The position numbers and the translations under genes were made by a program. The notes beneath the pieces were generated by a model. That model ran no database searches. It worked only from the letters and a program-made list of their open reading frames with translations, and was not told the origin of the DNA. Shown here piece after piece: positions 25,713 through 37,722 of a stretch of 64,000 bases of DNA. Where the stretch lies: positions 4,712,001 to 4,776,000 of the forward strand of contig NC_087447.1 of the NCBI RefSeq assembly GCF_036321535.1, read 5' to 3'. How positions within the stretch are numbered: the stretch's first letter is position 1; each line of letters opens with the position of its first letter. This stretch comes from Camelus dromedarius. Taxonomy: Eukaryota.

Positions 25713-26996
25713 AAGGGGGTGCTACTGTTGCAAAAATAAAACGGAAGCAAACATTAAAATGTGTGGCAATGTGGAAGGTACTATCAGACAGACTTCTGTG
25801 ATGCAGAGGCAAAACACCAGGTTCAACGTCTCCTGTGATGACTGGGGAGCTCACCCGCCTTCCTCCGGTGCTTGCAGACTTAGGGGAAGACGGCAGACGG
25901 GAAACTAACACTAGTTACATTTGGCCAAGTGTTAGGAGAAATAGACAGGCTCCAGCAAACTGGACCCATTTTCAAGCAAAGTGAAAAGGAACGTAAGAGT
26001 ACAGAAATTTGAGACCTTATGGATTAAGAAAATCCAAGTGCTCGTAGACACCAGGTAACAGGAAGCCAGACCGTCCAACGTGGTGACCGGCAAAGACCCT
26101 TCAACTCTCAACTGGGTAACGCGGGGAGGGGAGGGCTGTGGTGGTGAGAAGGCAAAGAAATCAAAGCAAGGTTGAGACCTGTGCTTAGGAAAGGATGGGG
26201 GTGTGGTACTCGCACATGCAGACAGGCTGGAAACCTCTGAAGTCTGATCATCCTTTGAGCGAACTGCATGGCCAGAGAAGTCAGGAAGCCAGACTTTTAA
26301 ATGCTATGCTGTTTGGGTGTTGAAACCAAAGTGACCTGCAGGCCCCCGAGCTTGCACAGCCTGGAAGCAGGCTCCTGAAGCCGGACATCCCCCGAGGAGA
26401 ACATGATGGCCGACACACACCTCAGACGTGGCGCAGGGGACAGCGGGCAGGGAAGGACCTCCCGGAGGTGGGGACAGCGCTTTGCTGTTTCTTCAGTTAC
26501 TCCCCCTTCTTCTTCTGGAAGATCCATCGTTCAAGTCTCAAGTCCTCTGGGTCTGACTCCCAGATCTCTTACTTCGCGTCTTGGTTTCCATTTTCATGGT
26601 CATTTTGCGCCATGTTGTCAGTTTTGCCATCTGATCTTTCAGAAGGTTCTCAGCAGGGACCACCATTTTTCTCACTTCCTCTTTTGAACTTTTAATTTTG
26701 CAAGTGATGTCTTTTTCTTTTCAGAAGGCTGCCTGTCACCTGTCTGTATCTCCTTTGGGTTCCTGTTATTCTCTCTCAGAGGCTCCTGTGTGAGTCCTGG
26801 TCTCACCCACCGAGGCTGTCACTGTTTTCTCTGCTGATGCAGACGTGCGGTAACTTCCCTTGGCTTCTGAGTAGGTTGGGCTTTGGGGTTTTCTGTGGTG
26901 GACACCGATGGGTTGGTCAGACCCCACACCCCTCCTCCGGGACTGAAGCACAGGGACAGTGAAAGCTGCCTCTTCAAGATCGTGACCCTAGGAGGA

Positions 26997-27135
26997 GGGA
27001 GGGTGTAGCTAGTGGTAGAGTGCGTGCCTAGCATGCACATCCTGGCATGCACAAGGTCCTAGGTTCAATCCTCAGCACCTCCACTAAAAAATAAATAAAT
27101 AAAACCCTAAATACCTCCCCCACAAAAAAAAAATT
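26997..27135 (+). mobile_element. Vic-1-like SINE with a short internal duplication (gcatgcaca x2)
   Basis: ggagggtgtagctagtggtagagtgcgtgcctagcatgcacatcctggcatgcacaaggtcctaggttcaatcc. Confidence 0.88.
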
Positions 27136-27199
27136 TTTGTTTTTAATGATCATGGCCCCTTCTTGGAGCAGCCGCATTCAATACCTGGTCCGCGTGGGT

Positions 27200-27420
27200 G
27201 GATAAAGGCCCAGGTCCCTCGTCCCAGCTCCAGAGTTCCCTGTAAGATACGCGGAGGCCTTGCTGTGACCACGTCTCATCTCAACGCCTTCCTTCATCCA
27301 GTTTTGCTTCCTCCACTTCTCCGCAGGTGCTGACCCCTGGAACCCTCCCTGGGCGACCACCCGCACGTGAACCCCAGCGTCTCAGAGGCTGACTCCAGAG
27401 AGCCCGACCTGCAGACGTGT
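27200..27420 (+). mobile_element. ERVL-type LTR fragment (LTR16-like)
   Basis: cagctccagagttccc...ccgcaggtgctgaccc...gtctcagaggctgactccagagagcccgacctgcagac. Confidence 0.45.
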
Positions 27421-27609
27421 CCCTTGGCCAGTGGAGAACCCGCAGGCGGCGGAAAACAAGGAGTCTTCGTTCTCAGGCCTGTGAGGAGGCGCCTGGCAAG
27501 CTGGGGCGGCCGCACAGGCGTGCGGGCGGGGCCGTCTTCTCTCGGGTGCCAGCAGAGACAAGCATAGCATGCAGTGGACGGGAAGGCTCTGCGGCCCCCA
27601 AAGGGGGTT

Positions 27610-28060
27610 GCTTCTGTTGTAGGCAAAGAGGTGATGGAAAGTGAGGAAATAAACAAAGATTACCCAAATGAGAGCAAGCAAAGCTTACCGACTCAGAGCT
27701 GGCTGTAGCAAGGGGGTCGGCCACCGTCGCGTGCACCTGGCAGAGGCTCAAGAGCAAGTAGAGGAGAGAAAACACTTCATGGGGGGGGCCCTCCGGTGTG
27801 CCCTGATTGGAGGCTACTGGCCTGGGGAACTGGAAGTGGGCTGACTAGAAGTGGGGTGTCCTGTGTGATTGGTTAGGGGGGCATATTTGGCTTTCTCTTG
27901 TTGGTCCTAAATCAGAAACAGGGACAAAAGGGAAGCTGGCCGTTCATAAACAAATCCTGGCCACACTGGGCTGACTGTTACCGAAGTTATCATTTATCTT
28001 CCTGCATTGTTACTAGAGATGTCAGCATGGTTTCCTGCAAGTCGGAGAGCAGGCTGGCTT
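27610..28060 (-). mobile_element. LTR fragment (ERV1-like)
   Basis: gagctggctgtagcaagggggtcggccacc...ccctgattggagg...gtgattggttagggg. Confidence 0.45.
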
Positions 28061-28489
28061 CCTGGGCTGTTCATCATGGATAAGGGGGTTGGTTTCCTGG
28101 GCAGATTGTGGGTTAGAGTTCTATTTTCATATATGGTCTGGCTATTGTCCATTTGTACGTTCAGTCTCTCAGAAAAGATCCCGGACAAGGGGCTCCTCCT
28201 TTAGGAGGAAATGAAGTTCTCACCAATGGCAAAGGGAGCTCACACTCCCTGCCCAGCAGGCTTTCATCACTGCGATGGACCACCAACTCCTGCGTATCTT
28301 TCATCATTCCCTTTTGGAACAGAACTCTTCATTGCAATGTACTTTTCCTGCTACACCGTTGTGAATTAGAGGAAGCAGGCCAGGGAGGAGCAGAAAAAAG
28401 AAAAAGAAATTCACTCTGAGATACAGCATAGTACAAAGACAATGAGAACATTCCTAAAAGCTGCAAGAAGTAGCAGCATCTGAAGTCAG

Positions 28490-28845
28490 ATGGAGAAAGA
28501 CAAATGTCGTATGGTATCACTTATATGTGGAATCTAAAAAAGTGATACAAATGAACTTACCTACAAAACAGAAAGAGACTCGCAGACATAGGAAACAAAT
28601 GTATGGTTACCAAAGGGGAAAGGGAGGGGGAAGAATAAACTGGGAGTTTTGGATTAGCAGATACCAACTATTATATACAGAATAGATAAACAACGAAGTC
28701 CTACTGTACAGCACAGGGAACTATATCCAATAACTTGTAATAATCTACAATGAAAAAGAATATATATGCATAATGAATCACTATGCTGTACACCAGAAAC
28801 TAACACAACATTGTAAATCAACTATACTTCAATTTAAAAAAAATA
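28490..28845 (+). mobile_element. L1 3' end nested in an older L1
   Basis: gacaaatgtcgtatggtatcacttatatgtggaatctaaaaa...caactatacttcaatttaaaaaaaa. Confidence 0.9.
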
Positions 28846-28849
28846 GTGC

Positions 28850-30400
28850 AGGAGAAATCTAGACATTTTCAGGCAAAAAACCTGAGAGAATTCACAAACA
28901 GCAGCTCCTTATTAAGTAAAGCTGTTTAGGCAGAAGGAGAGTGACCTTGGATGGGAAACTGGGGAAATGGGAAGGAATTAAAAGAAAAGAAAGCAGTAAA
29001 CATGTGGGTAAATGGAAATAAACACTGTCTGACAGAATATTTTTAAAACATCAAATTAAAATATATGACAATGATAATATAAATCAGGAGTGGAATAAAT
29101 GGAGTTATAAGTTCTGAGAGTCTCAGATCGACTGGGATTAGGAGTAAATGTACTAAGTGTAAACATTGATATGACAGGTTACCAATGTTTTAATTTAGGT
29201 TAATCACTGACAGAATAGCAACAGTGCATAACTTATAAATTAGCAGAGGGGAGAAGTAGAATAATTTTTTTAAACTATTAAATTAAAATTTTTTTAATTT
29301 TTTAAATTAATGTCTGACAAGGTAGACTCTGAGCTAATCCTTAATCAATCCAAAAGAAATCATGAAAGGAGACAAAAAAACACACAAGTGGGACATATAG
29401 AAAGTACAAAATAAAGTAGTACATATAAATTCATAGTTGCTTTAAACATAACATAATTACATTACATGCAAATCCATAATTATATTAAATGTTTGAATAT
29501 TCCAGTTAAAAGACAAATATTGTCAGACTGAATTTTTTAAAAATCTAATTGCATTTTTTTTAAAAGAGACATATCTAAAACATGGTAGTGAAATTTTGAA
29601 AGTAAATAGGTAGGAAAAGATATATATAGATATAGATATAGATATACACAAAAACATTAAACAAATGAAAGATGGTTTATATATTAATGTCTGACAAGGT
29701 AGACTCTGAGCTAATCCTTAAAAATAAAGATTACATCATAAAGAAAAATATTCAGTTCCAGAGAAAAAAATAGTAGTTCAAAACTGATAAGCACCTAATA
29801 ACATAACCTCAAAACAAGTAAAGCAAAAATTGATAGAACATCAAGGAGAAAGAGACAATCTACATTCAACAGAAAGTTTTAACACTTCTCTCTCAATAAC
29901 TGATGGAACAAGTAGACAAAAACTCAGTAAGGATATAGAAGATTTGGACAATGTAATAAACAAAAGACTTGATTTACACATATACAGCACTGCAGAACAC
30001 ACATTCTTTTCAAACGCATTCCAAACATTTACACAAAGTGACTATACACTGATTGATTAAGCAATTTCAACACACTTCAGAGTACTAAAATAGTACAGAA
30101 CATATTTTCCAAAGACAGTGAAATTAATCTAGAAATTGAGAACAAACAAAAAACTGGAAAATTCCTACTTATTTGGAAATTAAGAAACATACATTTAAAT
30201 AACAAACAGATCAAGGAATAATTCAGATGAGACTTCAGAAATATTTTGAACTGACAAATAATGAGAGTACTATATCCTTAAACCATGGGGTACAGCTAAA
30301 GCAGTACAGAGAAGAAATTTACAGTCTTATATGCATATCTTAGGAAAAAAGAAAAAGTTGAAAGTTAATGGGATGAACTTTCATCTCAAGAAGTTAGAAA
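28850..30400 (+). mobile_element. Old L1M: ORF1 end, inter-ORF region and ORF2 endonuclease remnant
   Basis: Degenerate endonuclease-region peptide in ORF 29830-30060 (FNTSLSITDGTSRQKLSKDIEDL) and A-rich L1 composition. Confidence 0.8.
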
Positions 30401-32059
30401 AGTGCCTGAGAGTGTTTCACTGTTGAAGGGATGATGCCAGCGGAAGCAGGGTGGGAGCACACTCAGGAGGGGAGCACTCAACCAGTGGGACAAGGGTCTT
30501 AGTGAGACAGTGGGGGACTGAATCCCCCCACCCAGGTGAGGAGATAATCCTTTACGAGACAGAAAAAGATGGATGCAGATTCAGGTCCGACGCAGCCAGA
30601 GACCTGGGAGTTGAGAGGGTTCCCATCACTTTCTCTTTGAAGAAAGAGGCAAGACCTTCTGCTGAAAGTGAGAGGGGGTTTGGTGGAAGGGGTGGCAGTG
30701 AGCCCTAACCAGGAAATCACGGGATTTCTGGCAGCACACAGGGCCTGCTTAAGGCAGGAGACCGTGCAACTTCCTCAGTGCCCAGAGGCAGGTGTGAAAA
30801 AGGTGGACAGCTGATTCATGCAGGGAAGTGTCGCCAAGTGGGTGCACTGGGAGGACAAGGGAGAAGAGGATACTCCACTGGCAAGAGAGAGAAACTTACT
30901 TATTGGATGACAGAATCCAAGCTGGAGGAGGAAGGAAGGAACAGCAGGACAAAGCGCGAAAAGCAGAGTGGGGAGGGGGCTGAAGGAATTATCTCTGAGA
31001 TGGAGCCTCTCCACCTCAACAAGGCGGGGTTCTGAGTGTGGCTTGGGGGTGGGAGGCTGAAGTAGAGAAGGCATGAAGATCACTGGGACCAGGACAAAGA
31101 GTGTCAGAGCACACAAAGGACGGAGTCCCCCTGGAGGATGTCCGACTGGGGGTGGGGAGACACAGGTCTGGTGCCATCGGAGGTGGGATGTAGGCGTTGG
31201 CAGAAGGCAGCGCCCAGGAGCGGTGGAGGGTGGCCTGGGCTCCCTGAATTCGAGAAACAGAAGCACGTCTGTGTGTATTTTTCAAGGCATGGAAAGGTTT
31301 CCCCAGCACTATCTCCCGGGCTGCCTTTCTGGAAACATGAGGTGGAAATTCTAAAGCGGCTTTTAGGACAGTCAGATGTCTCCAAAATGTGTGAAATCCA
31401 CAGAAGACAAAATCTTGAGGATAGGAATATTTGTGTGTGTGCGTGCGTGTGTGATCGGTGAAACCCATAAGTGCCACAGGGAAACTAGAAATTTAAAGGA
31501 GAGGAAGTGTGGTATTTCCCCCTGGGGTCCTGGTTAGGGTTCACTGTGGTGCTCCTTTGGACTTGGGTTATAACTGGAAACAGTGAGTGAGGTTTAGTGT
31601 TCCGAAACCATCAAATGCACCTGGGCCTTCCGACCCCTTTGGCCGGAAATAGACAAATGACTGCACAGAACACAGATGACACGCTAGGGCTTACGGCGGT
31701 GAAAATCTCAAGGACAGAAAGCAGCCTTTCTTCATCTCCCAAGTGCACTATCAAACCAGTGACACTTACTGCTTGTTTGCTCGGTCACACAGACAGCTGA
31801 TCAACATCATTCCTGGAAAAATCGTTCAGGTTCTGCAAGACTGTAACTGGGTGGTTTCTTTGTTGTTTTTTTCCTCTAAGCAAAACAGCATCAGATCATG
31901 TCACATCACATCAAATCTTCTTCTCAAAGAATTCTTTTTCCATTCCTTTGTCAGTCTTTTTAAGTGGAGTGACTTGAACTCTAACCATAATCTAATAAGG
32001 ACTGGAGAGACCCAGAGACTCGAGAGAGCTCTGTGTCTCAGCGGTTACACGCTATACTG

Positions 32060-32860
32060 TTTTTAAATGTGTATTGGGCTTAATTGTCTTTTGTTGTTGC
32101 TACAGAACATTTTTCCTTAAAAAATGTTTTTATAATGGAAAGCTTTTTTTTAACTATGAAAATAATACACATTTTATAGAAATTTTGAGAAATACAGAAA
32201 GGCAAGATAGTTTCTTTGTTATTTTTACCATTTACTCTTAAAGATGAATGTTAGTTATTTTCTCAAGTTCCAAAAGAATACAAAATGAGTTTTTGATTAG
32301 AATTGTATTAAATCCATAAATTAATTTGAGGAAATTTACAGGATTTTATTTTCTCATCCAGAAACATGCTATACCTCTTCATGTATTCAAGTTTATTTTT
32401 AAGTCCTCCAGACAAAGAGCATTCTAAAACTTGACTAAGTCCTGAATGTTTCTCAATAATATATCCCTAGGTATTTTATATTTTTGTTATCAGAGTAACA
32501 GACAATTTTAAAGCTGTTTTTTATTGTTGGATACAAGAAATCTACTGACATATACTCATTTTGCATGGACAGATTACTAACTTATAAATATTAGTTGATT
32601 TTAAGGTGATTCTCTGAGACACTCTAGGTAATTGATCATATCTTATATAAATAATGAAAAGTTGTCTTTAAAATATATACTCTATTTGTTCATCTCTCAT
32701 TCCTTTGACTAGAACAAAGTTCATCAGGATCTTGTTTCTGATCTTTCTAGGGATGCCTCTAATTTTTTTTTAAATCACTAACTATGAAGTAGGATAATAG
32801 TTTGAAATAATTATTATTTATCATATTGAGTAAATATTCTTCTATTCCTAGTTTACCGTG
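32060..32860 (-). mobile_element. Old L1 ORF2 (RT region) remnant
   Basis: tttgattagaattgtattaaatccataaattaatttgagg...ttcttctattcctagttt. Confidence 0.65.
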
Positions 32861-33529
32861 AGCTTTAATCCGGCTACATTGGCCCTTTCCCACTAAATTT
32901 GCATTAGAGATTCCTATCACTTCTTCTCCACCCACGTCGTATACAGTGAATAGCAGGGACCATACAGAATTCCTGACCAAGATTTTTTTAATGAAAACCT
33001 CTTCAAAACTTTGGTAATCATGATATACAAGACATGTCATTTGCATAAGGAGGAAATAAACATTTACAACCAATTTTTTTAAACAACAATTTCTGACAAG
33101 AGTCCCTGCTTGGCCTCAAAGTCCCTCCACCAATTTTCCATTTCTGGGACCCTGAGCCATGTTCCTTGGACTCTTGGAATACGAACACCTCCAGCAGCAC
33201 CACTACCCTTGTCCAAGAAGGCAGCAGCGGGCTCTGCAGCTGATGCTGAAAGAGACGCCACGTGACAGCCCTTCAGATTCGTTCAGAGCTGTATTTGCTG
33301 CCGGGGTCCCCAAGTTTGCCATCAGACATTTCTCTGCTTAGCCACTCTCCACAGTACCCTGGACAAGGGGGCTCAGTGGGGTCAACCCAAGGGCTGAAGG
33401 GGAGCCAAGTCACACAGGTTGTAGTGTTATCTTCAAATTTGTTATGCATATTCTTAATCCTTTTCCCCAGGACATCCAATAAAGCTATCGATTATTCAGT
33501 TATTAGCTGGTATGATCTATGTATGTCCA

Positions 33530-33877
33530 TGAGGCCAGGGTTTGTTAGTTATGTCATTCAAGGCTTTAATAATATTACTGTTTTTTTTTTTTTGGTTGAT
33601 TTGTTCTATACATCACTAAAAGCAGCATATTAAAATCTCTGCCTATGTTGGGGATTTTTTTCCATTTCTTCTCTGCCAATTTTGCTTTACATATTTTAAG
33701 GTCTTATTATTTATTGGGTATATTCCAATTCAGAATATTTAGAATTATTCATCTTCTTGGTGTGTTGAATTTTGTACCATTATGAAATGAGTCTCTTTAT
33801 TCCTAGTAAAACTTTGCAAAAAAATCAATTTTATTGGGGTATATTTTATACACAAAATGCATTCATTTTAAGTGTTT

Positions 33878-33912
<35 letters not shown>

Positions 33913-34680
33913 AGCACTTATGTAACTACCATCACGAGCCTTTCTTTACAGCACTGTTTGTTTTTTAGTTAAATGTACTGTAGCATAATTTACATTCAGT
34001 AAAATTTACTTTCCATGAGTTGTGATAAATGTATACAGTTGTATAACCATCACCACAAGCAAGATAGAGAATACCTCCATCAAAAAGTTCCCCCATGCCC
34101 CTTTGCTGGGGTGGCCAGATTTAGCTAAGCAACCTGTATTTTATCTGGCAACCCTAAGACAATTCCTCTTCCCACAACCCACTCCCTGGTGGCCTCTGAT
34201 TTGTCTCTACACTATTGTCTTTTCATGAGCATCATATAAATGAAATTATACTGTACAAAGCCTGTCTGCTTTCTTTCTCTTAGCATAGTGCTTTTGTGAC
34301 TCATCAGTGTTGGTGAACGTACCAGTAACTCATGCTTTTCTACGGCCGAGTAGCAGTCCGTTGTATAGACACACCACAATTTGTATATCCATCCACTCAC
34401 TGATTCATTTGCGTGTTTCCAGCCTTTGGCAACTATGAACAAAGTTGCTATAGACATTTTCACACAGGCCTTTGTGTGGACTGTTGTTCACTTCCCTGGG
34501 GCGAATACCTAGAAGCGGGATTGCTGGATGGTACAGTTGGCGTGTGTATGTTTAATTTTATAAGAGACGGCCAAACTGTTTGCCAAAGCGGCTGTACCAT
34601 TTTGCATTCCCATCAGCAATGTGTAAGAGTTCAGACTTCTCTAGTTCTTTGCAGATACTTGGTATTTCTGTTTGGGGCCT
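33530..34680 (-). mobile_element. Old L1 fragments (endonuclease region plus nested 3'UTR)
   Basis: gcatattaaaatctct...; ctgtaccattttgcattcccatcagcaatgtgtaagagtt. Confidence 0.65.
33885..33912. repeat. (CA)14 microsatellite
   Basis: Direct read. Confidence 0.95.
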
Positions 34681-35835
34681 GGAAGGAGGACATGGGGGTC
34701 CCCAGGGCGCTGGTATGCCCTTGCTTGTCTGAGTGCTGATTACACAGGGGGGTTCTGTTGCTGAAAATTCATCAAGCTACAAACTTACATGTACACTTCT
34801 CTGTATGCATACTAATTCCTCAATAAAAAGGGTTTTAAACCATACCAAAAAACCTTTGAATAATTCCACTAAATTAACTAAAAATGTGTTGAAATGAAGA
34901 ACATACTTTTTAAAAAACTGAAAAACCTCTGTGTAAATCCATAGCAGCCTGCTTTCATAATCTCTTAAGAATTTTTTCCCAACTATTCATAGCAAATATC
35001 TGAAAGGCAAATTAATATTTCTGAACATTACAAGTGACAGGTCAGGAGGATCAACCCAATAATGCATATATAATTATATGCCTGTCCTCATCAATTATCC
35101 ATTTTTATTCTAAAGATTCTCTAATTTTAATGTCCTTAGTTTTGTGTTCAGAGTGGAAAGATGAATCTTCGATTAATAAAGACCAGAAAGGGTAGAGCGT
35201 GAGGGGAAGTACTGGGCTCGTTTTCTTCCCTGGGTTCAGTATTCACTACGTCGGCATTCACGGAGACTTTGTTAAACAAAACTACCAGGAGTCATGGGAA
35301 TCGACTGTAGGATGAACTGAGGAACAGAGTTCATCCTTTGTGTCTAAGCCTCTTGCCTGCTGTCACTCAGCTCAAAAGTGAAGGAGCCAGGATTTGAAGC
35401 CTGGCAGTGTTCCTCCAGAGCCCTAACTTCCACGCGTGGCACCTAGCATGGCCTTACATTCAAATAACATTGTAAGTCAACAACTAAGAGGCCCAAGCCG
35501 AGTTTGTTATTTAGTTCCTTCCGCATAGGAAGCATGAGAGGATCTGTGCCCAGAGACACAGCTTGAGGATTTAAGTGGATCCTCCTCTGTCTTCAGTTCA
35601 TCCACTGCTATCAGAGCAGCTCACCTGGCCTGCTTTACTCTTCACAACACTCCGCAGAGAAGCAGCTATGCAGTTCCCAGAGCTGTGCTCAATGGACGTC
35701 AGGTGTCACATGACCCCCATCCACCACAGGTTGCTAGATTCCCCTAGGAGAGAATGAGTTTCCCCGTATTCTGGATCATCTCAGCGAGATATCTCCACTG
35801 CTGTCCAAAACCCATTTTCCAGCAACACCCTAGAC

Positions 35836-36040
35836 TGGGGGTTTGCAAGCATTTTCTGTAAAGGACCAGGCAGTAAATATTTTAAGTTTTGTGAGCCATA
35901 CAGTCTCTGCTCCAACTATTCGACTCTGCCCTCGCAATGCAAAAGCAGCCAGATAATATCTAACAGAGGCGTAACTGCATTCCAATAAAACTTTATTACA
36001 AAAGCAGATGGAGGGACAGCAGACACCTCCTATGAGCTCC
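35836..36040. mobile_element. MER58-like hAT MITE
   Basis: ttttctgtaaaggaccaggcagtaaatattttaagttttgtgagcca...ttccaataaaactttattac. Confidence 0.75.
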
Positions 36041-36188
36041 TTGAGAAGGAGAGCTACGTCTTATCTTTGTAATTTCAGCCCAAGCAGCAAAAACTGTCCT
36101 GATTTTACCAAAGAGGAAATAAAAACACAGGATCACATAAAGTGATTTTGGGGAGGGCAAGCACAGAAATAAAACTGGCCGTTTGAGT

Positions 36189-36305
36189 GGAGGATATAGC
36201 TCAGTGATAGAATGAGTGCTTAGCATGCACGAGGTCCTGGGTTCAATCCCCAGTACCTCCATTAAAAAAAAACTAAACCTAATTATGTCCCCCCAAAGCA
36301 AAACA
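36189..36305 (+). mobile_element. Vic-1-like SINE
   Basis: ggaggatatagctcagtgatagaatg...gtcctgggttcaatccccagtacctccatt. Confidence 0.9.
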
Positions 36306-37099
36306 AGTTTAAAAAATTGGCTTTTGGGGTGTATTTTCACTTGCGAATTGAACACAGATAACTGCACTTCTCATGCTAGACCTGAGCTAGTTGGGGAAGT
36401 TAAAGCAAACACAAAAGGATCTTGTCTTCACAAACCCTTCCAATCTGCCTGTCTCAGCAAATCTGTCTTTGCACGGTAAGTTTTACACAACGTGAAACCA
36501 CGAGATTGAACTGGATGGTGACATTCGGGTGCTCCCAGAGCTCAGAGCTGGCGAGCTGATCCTGTCTTTGCCCACCCTCAGTTTTCTGTGTCTGGTTTAG
36601 TTTCCTAGCCCAGGGCCCCAAGGCAGGTTATAAAACTGAAATTAAAGCCTTCTGGCTTATTCCCATGGAGATCGTCTTTCACAGACAGGCTTTGGTTTGG
36701 ACTTGGGGGGACTTGAGGGCTTACACAGATTAGGATACAGTCACAAAACCAGTAACTTACAAAGTCTATTTCTAACGAAGGTCAAGTCCCACAAGCTTTC
36801 CTCTGCACTCCGTTTTGCCCCACTGTTACTGAGTCTCATAATTACAAAACGTTTTATGAATGAATCTCAGTTTCAGTGTCTGTAAGACGGGGGCGAAGCG
36901 CCTCGCAGTACTACTGCAGAATTAAATTAGTGAAACTACAGGTAAATCACTGAACCAAGCACAGGGCTTGGCCCGTCGTAAGCGCTCAAAACACGCTGGC
37001 TGCCACCCTGACTATTGCTTCCTCCCAGGATCCCCTAGGTCCGGCCCCCAGGGGCTCGGTAAAGTCTGAGGGAGAAGGGCGAGTAGGTGGCAAAGTCGG

Positions 37100-37600
37100 G
37101 GTAGGTCTCAGCTCACCCTGCCCCAGCCGCGGCACCTGGGTCGCTACAGGCGGTGCTCACAGCCCGACAGTCGAACCACAGGAACCACCACTTCCCCCAA
37201 AGACAAGTCCGAAATAGCCGCTTCCGGCAGCGCGTGAGACACAGCCGGAGCCCCCCGCGGTGGGCGGGCCCGGTTGTAGCCACGCCCCCACTTCCGGCTC
37301 TCTCCCTGCAGCCCCCGGCGTTGCCGGGCCGCTCCCAGCTCTGGCCGAGGCTGCCCCGCCCTCCGGGGCCCCGCCCCGTTACGTCATCTCCGGGGCGGCT
37401 CGGGCGGGGCCCGAGCTGGGGCGGCTACCCTGAGCAGTCCCCGCTGGCATCCGCGCGCCTGCACTGCCCGCCACGTCCCCACGCCGGACCGCGGGCGCGC
37501 CCGAGGGCCACCGGGCCGCCGCCGGCCTGCCGCGCCCGGGTAAGGGGCCCTCATTACGGTCCGGGGAGCTGTTGTCACGACTGCCTGAACTGGCTTGGGG
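37100..37600 (+). promoter_or_regulatory. CpG island / C11orf24 promoter
   Basis: CpG-dense. ETS motifs CTTCCGG (about 37221 and 37291), GC box CCCCGCCCC 37369-37377, CRE-like TTACGTCA 37379-37386, followed by a splice donor at 37540. Confidence 0.8.
37400..37539 (+). other. C11orf24: C11orf24 non-coding exon 1 (5' end approximate)
   Basis: Donor CGG|GTAAGG at 37540 inside the CpG island. No ATG in the exon. TSS not determinable from sequence. Confidence 0.6.
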
Positions 37601-37635
37601 CTGAGAGAGGGAAGTGGGGGACAGGAGGAGGGATG

Positions 37636-37722
37636 CATGGGGGCGCGAGAGGCAGAGGAAGGTCCATGGGGGCACGAGGGGTGGAGGAGGGTTCATGGGG
37701 GCGCGAGAGGCAGAGGAGGGGG
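37636..37722 (+). repeat. 29-bp G-rich minisatellite, 3 copies
   Basis: Units start at 37636, 37665 and 37694 (catgggggcgcgagaggcagaggaaggtc); copies 1 and 3 are nearly identical. Confidence 0.9.

Noticed and set aside
35309-35337. 10-bp perfect hairpin AGGATGAACT-N9-AGTTCATCCT
   Set aside because: Too short for a pre-miRNA, and stems of this length occur by chance in 64 kb.
36189-36262. tRNA-like A/B-box sequence (also in the other six SINEs)
   Set aside because: SINE heads with A-rich tails, not tRNA genes; no intact acceptor stem.
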